NCBI GenBank assembly: GCA_963823665.1
Contig: CAWGMQ010000010.1
Span: forward strand, 864,001 to 928,000
DNA length: 64,000 bases
Reading direction: 5' to 3'
Source: an uncultured Planctomycetota bacterium
Lineage (GTDB): Bacteria; Planctomycetota; Planctomycetia; Isosphaerales; Isosphaeraceae
Shown in pieces: positions 30,271-39,366 of this stretch (its first letter is position 1; each line of letters opens with the position of its first letter). A program made the translations under genes and the position numbers. The notes beneath the pieces are model-generated. The model was not told the DNA's origin and made no database searches. It saw only the letters and a program-made list of their open reading frames with translations.

Positions 30271-31512
30271 ATGAAACGAATCGCCATCTTCGTTGCTTCC
30301 GCCATGATCAACTCCACCATAGTTGCCCAGACCAAAGCCCCTCTACCCCCAATCCCCGCCCCGCAATCCATCCCCAAGCCCGCCCCCGACACCGGCCAAC
30401 CTTACGCCCCCCAGGCCATCCTCCCCGGCGGCATCGTCGTCCCCCTCTTCCCGCCCAATTCCCCCTATTTGAAGCCCGACAAGGTCCACGTCCCCGAGAT
30501 CTACAACATGAGCCAGGCCGTTCCCGGGCGCATCAGCAGCATCGTCTCCATCCACAATCCGTCGATCGAAGTCCACATGGTCGAGAAATCCTTGAACACC
30601 GGCACCGCCGTCATCGTGATCGCCGGAGGAGGTCACCGCACCTTGAACGTGGGCGGCGAGAGGCGCAGACTTCGTTTCCTTCTTCTACAACTACGGCATC
30701 AACACGATCATTCTGCGCAACCGGCTCCGCGCCGACGGCTACATCGCCGAGGTCGACGCCGTCCACGACGCACAACAGGCCGTCCGCGTCGTCCGCGCTT
30801 ACGCCAAGAACTGGGGCATCGACCCCAAAAAGATCGGCGTCATGGGCTTCTCTGCCGGTGCCGAGCTCGCCGCTCCAGCCGCCGTGTTGTACGAAGACTG
30901 GGACAAGAAGAATACCGATCCATCCGACCCGTTCTCCGGCATCTCCGCGCGCCGGACTTCGCCGGCATCATCTACCCCGGCCCGACGCCCTTCGCTCGCA
31001 ACCGCACAGCACCGCCGATCCCCAAGGACGTCCCGCCCGCCTTTCTCGTCTGCGCCAGCGCCGGCGACCGCATCCACACCATCTGGGCTCTCGACTACTA
31101 CCAGGCGATGCTGTCGGCCGGTGTCCCCAACGTAGAAATCCACCTCTACGGCAACGGCCGCCACCCGGGCGATGCCCTCCCGGACGGAACCCGCATGTCC
31201 GGCGGCCTCACCGACCGCAACAATATCCCGTTCGGCACCTGGCAATTCCGCTTCATCGACTGGGCCCGAGACCTCGGCTTCCTCCGGAAGCCCGGCATCG
31301 AAACCAAGGCCGCCCAGGACGTAGCGAGCTACCTGGCAAACCCACCCCGTCCATTCGGACAAGGACAGGCCCCGGGACGCGGAGGCCCCGGCCGAGGAGC
31401 CTCACCCCCTGCGAAAGGGGCGCCCGCAACCCCCGCCGGATCCGCGGTTTCCCCGTCCGCAGCAACCGATCTGCAGCGAAAAAATAACCCGAGCGATACC
31501 CCCAAACACTGA
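30271..31512 (+). CDS. Secreted alpha/beta hydrolase (BD-FAE/xylan esterase-like); compensating frameshifts near 30660 and 30950
   Basis: Signal peptide, VIVIAGGGH. The alternate frame carries IDPKKIGVMGFSAGAELA. The original frame resumes at PDFAGIIYPG...EIHLYGNGRH. Confidence 0.82.
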   Translation: MKRIAIFVASAMINSTIVAQTKAPLPPIPAPQSIPKPAPDTGQPYAPQAILPGGIVVPLFPPNSPYLKPDKVHVPEIYNMSQAVPGRISSIVSIHNPSIEVHMVEKSLNTGTAVIVIAGGGHRTLNVGGERRRLRFLLLQLRHQHDHSAQPAPRRRLHRRGRRRPRRTTGRPRRPRLRQELGHRPQKDRRHGLLCRCRARRSSRRVVRRLGQEEYRSIRPVLRHLRAPDFAGIIYPGPTPFARNRTAPPIPKDVPPAFLVCASAGDRIHTIWALDYYQAMLSAGVPNVEIHLYGNGRHPGDALPDGTRMSGGLTDRNNIPFGTWQFRFIDWARDLGFLRKPGIETKAAQDVASYLANPPRPFGQGQAPGRGGPGRGASPPAKGAPATPAGSAVSPSAATDLQRKNNPSDTPKH

Positions 31513-31669
31513 CCCGAAGCGCCAGCGAGGCGCATACGAGAAAGCGCTAATCCACGACCCGCGTTGGGCGCGGGTGTCTGGCCCCGCCCTCTTGAGCGAC
31601 CGAAGGTCTCCAGGCGACCGCTCGATCGAAGATTGACGCAATCCAGTGTGACCCCGGCGCGACGTGCGG

Positions 31670-33637
31670 CTAGTTGTCCGCACGCGTCGCGCCATCCCCA
31701 TCGACCATCGCTCCCACTCCCACCGCCCGCACCGGCTCAACCTCCCCATGCAGCTTCCGCAAGTACGCCCGCGAAATATCCGACCGCCTCACCAATCCGA
31801 TCACCCGGTTCTGGTGCGACCCATCCACGACCGGCAGCGCCGGCAGCTCGTTCTCGGCAAAGAGCTGCATCCCCAGGTCCAGCCGATCTTCCGGATGCAG
31901 CGGCCGCACGTCCGATCTCATCAAGTCCGCGGCCAGGAGCCACGAGCTTGCATTGCCGGCTCCTGCGGCGACGTGAACTTCATCCATCACGATCACACCA
32001 AGGAAAGCACCGTCAGGCCCGACCACCGGCAACACGCCATAATGCTCCCCGTCGAAGCTCGCCACCACCTTGCTCAGTGAATCATTGGCGCGAAGCATCG
32101 GAACCGCCGTGCTCGCCTCGAGGAACTGTTTGACCTGCAATCCCGCAAGGATCTCGCGGGCAAACTCTCCCTGGTGAGCCGGTGAAAGCGACCGGCTCGC
32201 CACCTGCGAGCGATAGAGCGGCTCCTCGTCCGAAAGCAGAAACGCCAGCGTGCACACCCACAGCGCCGGCAACAGCAGCCGGTAGTCGCCCGTCATCTCA
32301 CTCACGATCACCAGCGTCGAAAACGGCGTCTTGGCGGCAGCCGCGAAGAAACCCGCCATCCCCAGGATCACATACGCCCCCGGATGAGGCACCAGCGACG
32401 GCCACAGCCAGTGCACGAATACTCCGAGGCTCCCCCCGGCACAGCCGCCAATGACCATCGATGGACCAAAAACACCTCCCGATCCCCCGCTCCCGATCGT
32501 CAAGCTCGTCGTCAAGATCTTGCCCGCCGCGATCGCCAGCAGCACCACCGCCGAGAGTGTCGTGCTGTCGTCCAGCCCCTGTTGAAGCACTCCATATCCG
32601 AACGAGAGCACCGAAAGGGCGACTTGCTGCCTACCCACCGCGAAGAAAATCGCCAGTCCCACCACCCCGGCAAGCGCAGCGCCTACGGTCGGCTTGAGAG
32701 ACTTCGGCATCCGCAACGATTCAAAAAGATGATTCACCGCATAAAACGTGCGAACATAAATCATCGCCAGCACGGCCATCCAGATCGCCAGCAGCGAGTA
32801 CGGCAGCAGCTCCCACGCACCTGAGAACTGGAGCGAGCTCGCTGTGGTGAAGAGCGGTCGCCATGGCGTTGTCGTGCCTCCCAGCCACACGGCCAGCACG
32901 CCGAACGTGCAATACGAAACCACGCTGGCCAGGCCGGTCGGCAGGATCACCTCCGGCTCAAACTCCGGCGAGCAATACATGATCTCGGCGGCGAACAGCG
33001 TGCCAGCCAGGGGGGCGCGGAAAATCGCGGCGATGCCCGCGCCCATCCCGGCAGCCAGCAAGACTCGCCGCTCCGCCGGCCGTAAGCGCAGCATCCCCCC
33101 CAAGAGCGACCCGAATCCCGCGCCGATCTGTGCAATCGGCCCTTCGCGCCCACCCGAGCCTCCGGTCCCGATCGTGAGCGCACTCGCAATCAGCTTGATC
33201 AGCGGCACCCGCGGTCGAATATACCCTTGATGCTCGTGATACGCCGCGATCGCCGCGTCCGTCCCGTGCCCCTCCGCCTCAGGTGCAAAGCGATAAACCA
33301 GCAAACCGGAAAGCAATCCCCCCACGGCTGGCACGACCAGCAGCAGCCACGGGCTGAACGAACCATGAAGCGTCGGAATCCACGGAAACCGCACTTCGCC
33401 ATCCGGACCCGCGGGTACGTACCCTGCAGCCCCTTCGAGCGCAATCCCGACAACCGCCTGGCCCGCCACCGAGAAGACAATCCCGCCAATCCCCGCGACA
33501 ATGCCCACCAGCACACTCGCCCCGAGCACCCGCCCCTGCGAATGGATTCGCCGCTTCCCGAACTCCAGAAACTCCGGAAACCAGCGAAACGGATGAGAAG
33601 GACGCGAAGTGGAAGATTCCGGTTCAGTCATGTTCAT
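31670..33637 (-). CDS. ClC chloride channel / Cl-H+ antiporter with two CBS domains
   Basis: APEAEGHGT, GSGGREGP, FRAPLAG, GGVFGP, EMTG; C-terminal CBS pair (LPVVG, LPVVD). Confidence 0.93.
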   Translation of the reverse strand: MNMTEPESSTSRPSHPFRWFPEFLEFGKRRIHSQGRVLGASVLVGIVAGIGGIVFSVAGQAVVGIALEGAAGYVPAGPDGEVRFPWIPTLHGSFSPWLLLVVPAVGGLLSGLLVYRFAPEAEGHGTDAAIAAYHEHQGYIRPRVPLIKLIASALTIGTGGSGGREGPIAQIGAGFGSLLGGMLRLRPAERRVLLAAGMGAGIAAIFRAPLAGTLFAAEIMYCSPEFEPEVILPTGLASVVSYCTFGVLAVWLGGTTTPWRPLFTTASSLQFSGAWELLPYSLLAIWMAVLAMIYVRTFYAVNHLFESLRMPKSLKPTVGAALAGVVGLAIFFAVGRQQVALSVLSFGYGVLQQGLDDSTTLSAVVLLAIAAGKILTTSLTIGSGGSGGVFGPSMVIGGCAGGSLGVFVHWLWPSLVPHPGAYVILGMAGFFAAAAKTPFSTLVIVSEMTGDYRLLLPALWVCTLAFLLSDEEPLYRSQVASRSLSPAHQGEFAREILAGLQVKQFLEASTAVPMLRANDSLSKVVASFDGEHYGVLPVVGPDGAFLGVIVMDEVHVAAGAGNASSWLLAADLMRSDVRPLHPEDRLDLGMQLFAENELPALPVVDGSHQNRVIGLVRRSDISRAYLRKLHGEVEPVRAVGVGAMVDGDGATRADN

Positions 33638-33774
33638 ACCGTTGCAGCTCCGTCCCACCCGCAGGCGGATCCAGCTCTTGCGGCGCAGTGCGCATCTTCA
33701 AGCTCGATTCCGATGCGCCCGCCTTGCGGCGCGATCTCTCGGCCGGACCGTGCAAGATGTTGCGAAGATACACG

Positions 33775-33867
33775 CTTTCCCGACGCTTGCCCCCTCGCCG
33801 GCCCAACCAGGAATGCCACCCCGCCAAAGAGCTCCACCGAGCCGGCCCTCGCGCACAACCGCTCCAT
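33775..33867 (-). pseudogene. Decayed 5' remnant of a marR paralog
   Basis: MERLCARAGSVELFGGVAFLVGPARGQAS aligns with MarR MGRSRAKGGPEDSESPLAFLLSQVGAHAS and sits in the same position relative to the duplicated promoter. Confidence 0.5.
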
Positions 33868-33879
33868 TAATTAATCCAC

Positions 33880-33948
33880 AAAATCATTATTGACTGTAAC
33901 TATTGAGGCCGATAGCATTATCCCAGGGATAACCGGTCGCGACAACCC
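33880..33948 (+). promoter_or_regulatory. Sigma-70 promoter with putative MarR operator (copy 1)
   Basis: TTGACT(33890)-N17-TAGCAT(33913); palindrome TTATCCC-A-GGGATAA at 33918-33932; homologous to 36105-36173. Confidence 0.75.
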
Positions 33949-33965
33949 GTTTAGTGGTCGGCGCC

Positions 33966-35171
33966 ATGCCCATTGCACCCGAATTAGCCCCGCCATCGTT
34001 CATGATCTCCGGGGGCGGCATCGCCGGACTGACTCTCGCGATTCTGCTCAAGGAGCACGGCTGGAGCCCGATCGTGATCGAGCGCGAGCCCTCCCCGCGC
34101 GCCGCCGGTTACATGATGGATTTTTTCGGAACGGGCTGGGATGTCGCCGAGCGGATGGGTTTGACTGAAGCCCTGCGCGCGATACGTTACCCGATCGACT
34201 CTTTGCAGTACGTCGACGATCGGGGAGTTCCCTTTCTCACGCTCCCGATGGATCGAGTCCGCCGCGCACTCGATGACCGCTATGTCTACCTGCTCCGTTC
34301 CGACCTCGAACGAATTCTCCTCGACCGCGCCCGGCACTCCGGCGTGGAGATCCGCTTCGGATCGTCGATCAGTGCGCTGACCGACGCCGGCGACCATCTC
34401 CAGGTCACCTTCGCGTCCGGCGAGACCGCAAGCGCCGGCGTTGTCATCGGCGCCGATGGCGTCCATTCTCGCGTGCGCGAGCTGGCCTTCGGCCCCGAAT
34501 CATCGTACTCACGCTACCTCGGCTCCTATGTCGCGGCCCTCGAGGCACCACTCGACCCGCAGGTCTCTCGATCGGTCATTCTCCACGAAGAGCCCGGGAC
34601 GATCGCCACCTTTTATCACCTGAATGACCATCACATGGACGCAATGTTGTTGTTCCGCGACGACGATCGCGGATTCGTGCCAGCGGAAGAACGCTTGCCG
34701 CTGCTGCGGCGCCGCTTCGAAAACAGCACGTGGATCACCTCGAAAGTCCTGGCCGGCCTTGCCGAGCACGAGCACACACCTCTGTTCTTCGACTCGCTCA
34801 CCCAGATTGTCATGCCCCACTGGTCGGCAGGCCGAATTTGCTTGATCGGCGATGCCTGCGGCTGCCTGACCCTCGCTGCCGGTCAGGGCTCGCACATGGC
34901 GATGGCCGGCGCCTACGTGCTGGCCACCGAGCTCGGCCGCCATCGCACCGACCATCGCGCGGCGTTCGAGGCCTACGAACGGTTCCTCAAGCCGCACGTC
35001 GACCGCAAACGGGCCGCCGCGGCCCGGCTCGCATCAGGATTCGTACCGGCCGTTCGCTCCAGGATGTGGCTGCGCCGCCTGGTCCTCCGCGCGATGTTCA
35101 GCCGCTTTTTGCTCCCGCTTCTCATTCGAATAGAGGGCGGCCGGAGCGTCCTCCGCGGCTACGGCGACTGA
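33966..35171 (+). CDS. FAD-dependent monooxygenase (UbiH-like family)
   Basis: ISGGGIAG, IGADGVHS, LIGDA, GQGSHMA. Confidence 0.9.
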   Translation: MPIAPELAPPSFMISGGGIAGLTLAILLKEHGWSPIVIEREPSPRAAGYMMDFFGTGWDVAERMGLTEALRAIRYPIDSLQYVDDRGVPFLTLPMDRVRRALDDRYVYLLRSDLERILLDRARHSGVEIRFGSSISALTDAGDHLQVTFASGETASAGVVIGADGVHSRVRELAFGPESSYSRYLGSYVAALEAPLDPQVSRSVILHEEPGTIATFYHLNDHHMDAMLLFRDDDRGFVPAEERLPLLRRRFENSTWITSKVLAGLAEHEHTPLFFDSLTQIVMPHWSAGRICLIGDACGCLTLAAGQGSHMAMAGAYVLATELGRHRTDHRAAFEAYERFLKPHVDRKRAAAARLASGFVPAVRSRMWLRRLVLRAMFSRFLLPLLIRIEGGRSVLRGYGD

Positions 35172-35224
35172 GCACCCGACCGCTTGTCCAGCCTCCTGAT
35201 CGACCGATTGAAGCCGCTCCCATT

Positions 35225-35250
35225 GTCGCCTTTCGCTCCGCGAAAGTGCG
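35225..35250. repeat. Intergenic repeat family 3 (GTCGCCTTTCGCTCCGCGAAAG)
   Basis: Hairpin CTTTCGC-TCC-GCGAAAG; further copies at 16021, 26192 and 37803. Confidence 0.8.
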
Positions 35251-35308
35251 TTTTTCTCGCTCCCAAGCCCCAGCACGGCAACGCCCCCGCTCTACGCTCC
35301 GCCCATCA

Positions 35309-35582
35309 TCACCGTTTTCCCTCCTCACCGCCAGTTTTGCTCCGCTCGTCAATCAATTGCTGCAACTGAGCTCTCTCCTGCTCGGCTGTGGCCGCCGCCT
35401 GCACGGCTCGAACCGCCGCCGCTTGGGCCAGGTTCTCGATTCGCCTCAGCCAGCGCTCGAGCCTCCCGCTCCCCCATCATCGCCCTTTGCAGCAAAACCC
35501 CCTGGATCACCACCGTGAGAACGAGCGCCACAACGGCGACGATGATCATCAGCGTCCGCAGTCGAAACCGGATTCGTCCCAT
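35309..35582 (-). CDS. Small RxRLRTLM-motif membrane/coiled-coil protein (paralog 1); frameshift near 35432
   Basis: MGRIRFRLRTLMIIVAVVALVLTVVIQ; the +1 frame continues LAQAAAVRAVQAATAEQERAQLQQLIDE to TGA at 35309. Confidence 0.7.
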
Positions 35583-35597
35583 CGCCCACTCTCGCCT

Positions 35598-36092
35598 CTA
35601 ACCCTCAGCCAGCTTCCGAAATCCCGGATGAACCCCCGGCACAAGCTTCTGTTCATCCGCAATCCGCCTGAGAAACCCCGCGAGCTGAGCACGCTCGCTT
35701 TGGTTCAATGCAGCGCAGACCGCATTCTGATGCTCGTCCCCGATCCGGCTGATTTGCTCCAGAATCTCTAGTCCGGCCCGCGTAAGATAAAGCGCGTATG
35801 AACGCCTGTCCGCCGGGCTATCCCGCCGCTCGACGAGCCCCCGCTGCTCCAGCTCATCGAGCACCCCCACCAGCCGGCTCGGGAACAACCCCAGCTTCTC
35901 CCCAAGCGCCTGCTGGGAGAGCCCATCAGCCTGCGCAACCACGCGCAAAACTCCCGCATGAGCAGGCTTCAGCCCCAGCGGCTCCAGCCGCTCCGCAAAC
36001 CGCGCAGAGGCATGTGCCCCCACCTGCGAAAGCAAAAACGCCAGCGGCGATTCCGAATCCTCGGGCCCGCCCTTCGCGCGCGATCGCCCCAT
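35598..36092 (-). CDS. MarR family transcriptional regulator
   Basis: LSQQALGEKL, LDELEQRGLVER, DRRSYALYLT. Confidence 0.93.
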   Translation of the reverse strand: MGRSRAKGGPEDSESPLAFLLSQVGAHASARFAERLEPLGLKPAHAGVLRVVAQADGLSQQALGEKLGLFPSRLVGVLDELEQRGLVERRDSPADRRSYALYLTRAGLEILEQISRIGDEHQNAVCAALNQSERAQLAGFLRRIADEQKLVPGVHPGFRKLAEG

Positions 36093-36104
36093 TCATTACC
36101 CCAA

Positions 36105-36173
36105 AAAATCATTATTGACATTAACGATTCACGCCGATAGTATTATCGCAAGGACAACCGATCGAGGCAACCC
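36105..36173 (+). promoter_or_regulatory. Sigma-70 promoter with putative MarR operator (copy 2)
   Basis: TTGACA(36115)-N17-TAGTAT(36138); TTATCGC-A-AGGACAA at 36143-36157; lies between the divergent marR and VOC genes. Confidence 0.8.
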
Positions 36174-36176
36174 ATC

Positions 36177-36254
36177 GTAGGTCAGGCTTCAGCCTGACGA
36201 TTCGTAGTTCACTCTTCAGCCTGAGAATCTAGCAGGTCAGGCTTCACCCTGACG
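36177..36254 (+). repeat. Three tandem family-1 REP-like units
   Basis: Units start at 36177, 36204 and 36232 (27-28 bp period); copies 2 and 3 are degenerate. Confidence 0.8.
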
Positions 36255-36291
36255 ATTGAGCGCCCCCAACCGCTCAAAAGGAGCCCATCCC

Positions 36292-36687
36292 ATGCAACTG
36301 AATCACCTCAACCTGACCGTCCCCGACGTCTCGCAAACCCGCACTTTCTTCGAAGCCCATTTCGGCTTCCGTTGTATCGCCGAGCGGGGTCGCGAGGCCC
36401 TGGCCGTATTGATCAACGAATCCGGATTTGTGCTGACGCTGAACAACTTCGAAAAAGCAAAGGAAGTCGAATACCCCGGCGCCTTCCACATCGGGTTCAT
36501 GCAAGACAGCCGCGAGCGTGTCGACGAGATCTATGGAGAGCTCAAGGCCGCTGGCTTCGACGCCCCGCCGCCCAAAGAATTCCACGGCGCCTGGACTTTC
36601 TACGTCAACGCCCCTGGCGGCTTCCTCGTCGAGGTCGGCCATCAGCACCGCATGGACGCCGCATGGAAGCCCGCCGCCAACGACTAG
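36292..36687 (+). CDS. VOC/glyoxalase family protein
   Basis: LNHLNLTVPDV, FHIGF, FYVNAPGGFLVEV; AAGGAG RBS. Confidence 0.92.
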   Translation: MQLNHLNLTVPDVSQTRTFFEAHFGFRCIAERGREALAVLINESGFVLTLNNFEKAKEVEYPGAFHIGFMQDSRERVDEIYGELKAAGFDAPPPKEFHGAWTFYVNAPGGFLVEVGHQHRMDAAWKPAAND

Positions 36688-36720
36688 ATCAGATCAACGC
36701 GCCCTCGCGGGCCCGACGAA

Positions 36721-36996
36721 TCAACGTGCTTGCTCCTTCTCTGGCGCCCGTTTTGCCTTATCGATCATCCTCTTCATTCGCGTTTCCATTTGATCGATAA
36801 TCTGCTGCGTTGCCAGGTGTTGCTGCATCCGCTCCATCTCGGCCGCTGCCCGCGCACGCTCCGCGTCGGCCCGAAACATCTCCATGCGCACCACCGCCCT
36901 GTTAAGGTAAAACGCCTGAATCAGCACCACCAGAACGAGCGCCACAAACGCGACAACGATCATGAGCGTCCGCAGCCGGAACCGAATTCGTGCCAT
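36721..36996 (-). CDS. Small RxRLRTLM-motif protein (paralog 2)
   Basis: MARIRFRLRTLMIVVAFVALVLVVLIQAFYLNRA followed by a charged helical tail. Confidence 0.8.
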   Translation of the reverse strand: MARIRFRLRTLMIVVAFVALVLVVLIQAFYLNRAVVRMEMFRADAERARAAAEMERMQQHLATQQIIDQMETRMKRMIDKAKRAPEKEQAR

Positions 36997-37005
36997 GGCA
37001 AGGTC

Positions 37006-37374
37006 TCAACTCTTCCGCGTCGGTCTATCACTTCCCGACGGCGCCCTTTCGCGGCTTCTTCGATCGCCTCTTCGCTCTCGCTCAAGCCCTCCTGGCGCTT
37101 TCTCTTCCTCCGCCTGCTTCCGCCTCGCCTCCTCGCCACCGTGCTTCGCCGCCTGCACCAGCTCGAGCATACGGCGCGCTTCGGCCGCCTGCTTCTCGGC
37201 CCGGGCCAACTGCTGCTCGGCCACCGCGCGCGCACGCTCCGCGTCGGCCCGATACATCTCCATCCGAACGTCTGCCCTCTTGAGGTAAACACCCTGCACG
37301 ACCGTCACCAAGATGAGTGCCGCAAACGCCACGACAATCATCAGCGTCCGCAGCCGGACCCGAATTCGCGCCAT
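37006..37374 (-). CDS. Small RxRLRTLM-motif protein (paralog 3)
   Basis: MARIRVRLRTLMIVVAFAALILVTVVQGVYLKRA followed by a coiled coil. Confidence 0.8.
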   Translation of the reverse strand: MARIRVRLRTLMIVVAFAALILVTVVQGVYLKRADVRMEMYRADAERARAVAEQQLARAEKQAAEARRMLELVQAAKHGGEEARRKQAEEEKAPGGLERERRGDRRSRERAPSGSDRPTRKS

Positions 37375-37383
37375 CGCCAGTCC

Positions 37384-37750
37384 TCAACTCTTCCCCGTCG
37401 GTCTCACACTTCCCGTCGGCGCCCCTTCGCGGCTTCTTCGATCACCCCTCCGCTCTCGCTCAAGCCCTCCCGGCACTATCTCTTCCTCGATCTGCTTCCG
37501 CTTCGCCAGCTCACCCTCTTCCTTCGCCGCCTGCAGCGTCTCGAACATACGGCGCGATGCGGCTTCCTGTTTCTCGGCCCGGGCCAACTGCTGCTCGGTC
37601 ACCGCGCGCATTCGCCGCTTCGGCCTGTTGCACCTCCATCCGAACCTCTGCCCTCTTGAGGTAAACACCCTGCATCACCACCACCAGGAGCAGCGCCACA
37701 ACCGCCACGATGATCATCAGCGTCCGCAGCCGGACCCGGATTCGCAACAT
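37384..37750 (-). CDS. Small RxRLRTLM-motif protein (paralog 4); 2-nt loss in a GC repeat near 37605
   Basis: MLRIRVRLRTLMIIVAVVALLLVVVMQGVYLKRA joins VTEQQLARAEKQ...PTGKS*; close duplicate of paralog 3. Confidence 0.75.
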
Positions 37751-37889
37751 GTCCTTACCTCTCTGTTCCCAAGCTCGCGCCTGAAACTACCGCTCCCCCA
37801 AAGTCGCCTTTCGCTCCGCGAAAGTGCGTCCCTCTCGTTCCCAACATCGCGCACGTGGCCACGCGATCGCTCTTGCTCACAGCGCCCGG

Positions 37890-38177
37890 TCACGGTTCCT
37901 TCTCGCGCTCCTTCTCCCCCCGCGTCACCGCATCGCCTGTCACCATCGCCTCTGCACGCATTTGTTCGATCGTTGCCTGCGCAGCCGCCAGTTGCTGCTC
38001 AGCCCGGAGCCGTTGAATCTCGGCCACCGCCTCCGAGCGCGCGGCTATGGCTCGAAACATCTCCAAACGCACCACCGCCCTGTTAAGGTAAAACGCCTGC
38101 AAAACCACTACCAGGACAAGAGCCACAAACGCCACAACGATCATGAGTGTCCGTATCCGATACCGAATTCTCACCAT
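37890..38177 (-). CDS. Small RxRLRTLM-motif protein (paralog 5)
   Basis: MVRIRYRIRTLMIVVAFVALVLVVVLQAFYLNRA followed by a coiled coil. Confidence 0.8.
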   Translation of the reverse strand: MVRIRYRIRTLMIVVAFVALVLVVVLQAFYLNRAVVRLEMFRAIAARSEAVAEIQRLRAEQQLAAAQATIEQMRAEAMVTGDAVTRGEKEREKEP

Positions 38178-38198
38178 GGCCTGTTGCCCTCGATCTCT

Positions 38199-39322
38199 TC
38201 AGTCTGTCTTACCCCCACCGGCCGAAACCACACACCGAAACCCGACATGGTTCGCCGCACTATCCGGCGCACCCTTGCCCCTGGCCCCCGGCAAATACCG
38301 CGTGCAATACTGATCCGAGCACAAGAACGACCCACCCCGCTGCACTCGTTTGGCAACCCCCGGCTCGTCCGGATCAAAACTCGATGCCGGGCCCGTCGGG
38401 TTCTCGCGCGGCGTCGTCTCGTACCTGGGCCGATACCAGTCCGAGCACCATTCCCACACATTCCCGGCCATGTCCGAAAGGCCTAACCCATTGGGCGGAA
38501 ATTTTCCCACCGGCGCCGTGCGCAAACCCGTCGTCCTTGGTGTTCTGATCCGGAAACCGCCCTTCCCAGATATTCGCCTGCCACTTCCCGCCTGGGAGCA
38601 GCTCCTCACCCCAGACAAACCTCGCGCGCAAGCTTCCCGCGCGAGGCAAACTCCCACTCCGCTTCACTCGGCAGCCGTTTACCTGCCCAGTCTGCATAAG
38701 CCATAGCATCATACCAGCAAATCTGAACGACAGGATGATCGGCCTTCCCTTCAATCGAGCTGCCCGGCCCTTCCGGGTGCCGCCAGTCCGCGCCCGGGAC
38801 ATACCGCCACCACGCGAGTGGATCATCGAGCGAAACCCGTCCCACGGGCGGCGTGAACACGATCGACCCCGGCACAAGCTTGTCTGCGGGTGCCCCCGGA
38901 TAGTCCTTCGCCTCCGGCTTGCGCTCGGCAATGGTGCGGTAGCCCGTCGCCTTCACGAACCGCGCAAACTGCTGATTCGTGACCTCCGTCCGGTCCATCC
39001 AGAACCCGGAAATCACAACTTCGTGCACCGGCTCCGCGTCGGCCATCGACGCGTCGTCTCCACCCATCCAGAACGTACCGCCGGGTATCCACACCATACC
39101 GTCCGGCGCCGGCCGAGGCTGCGTCAACGACCTCACGGTCGCTCGAGCTTGCTCGGAAGACTTCGCGGCCGTCCGTCCCGCCTCTGCCGTTGTCTTTCCA
39201 GCCGTGCTCGCAGTGCTCGCCGTGCGATCACAACCGGCTGAGACCCCAAACGCCAGCATGCCGATGCCGGGCCCGACCACATACAACCGAATCGAGGTTG
39301 ACCCAGCGCGTCGGCCCATCAC
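38199..39322 (-). CDS. Formylglycine-generating enzyme family lipoprotein (SUMF1-like); frameshifts near 38625 and 38520
   Basis: SAGC lipobox, GGTFWMG, TEVTN, HPVVQI, RLPSEAEWE / ANIWEG / MAGNVWEW, RGGSFLCSDQYCTRY, GFRC. Confidence 0.88.
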
Positions 39323-39366
39323 AGTCTCGCTTCCAGCTCCCAGTCGACCACGTCAAGTTCACTCGC

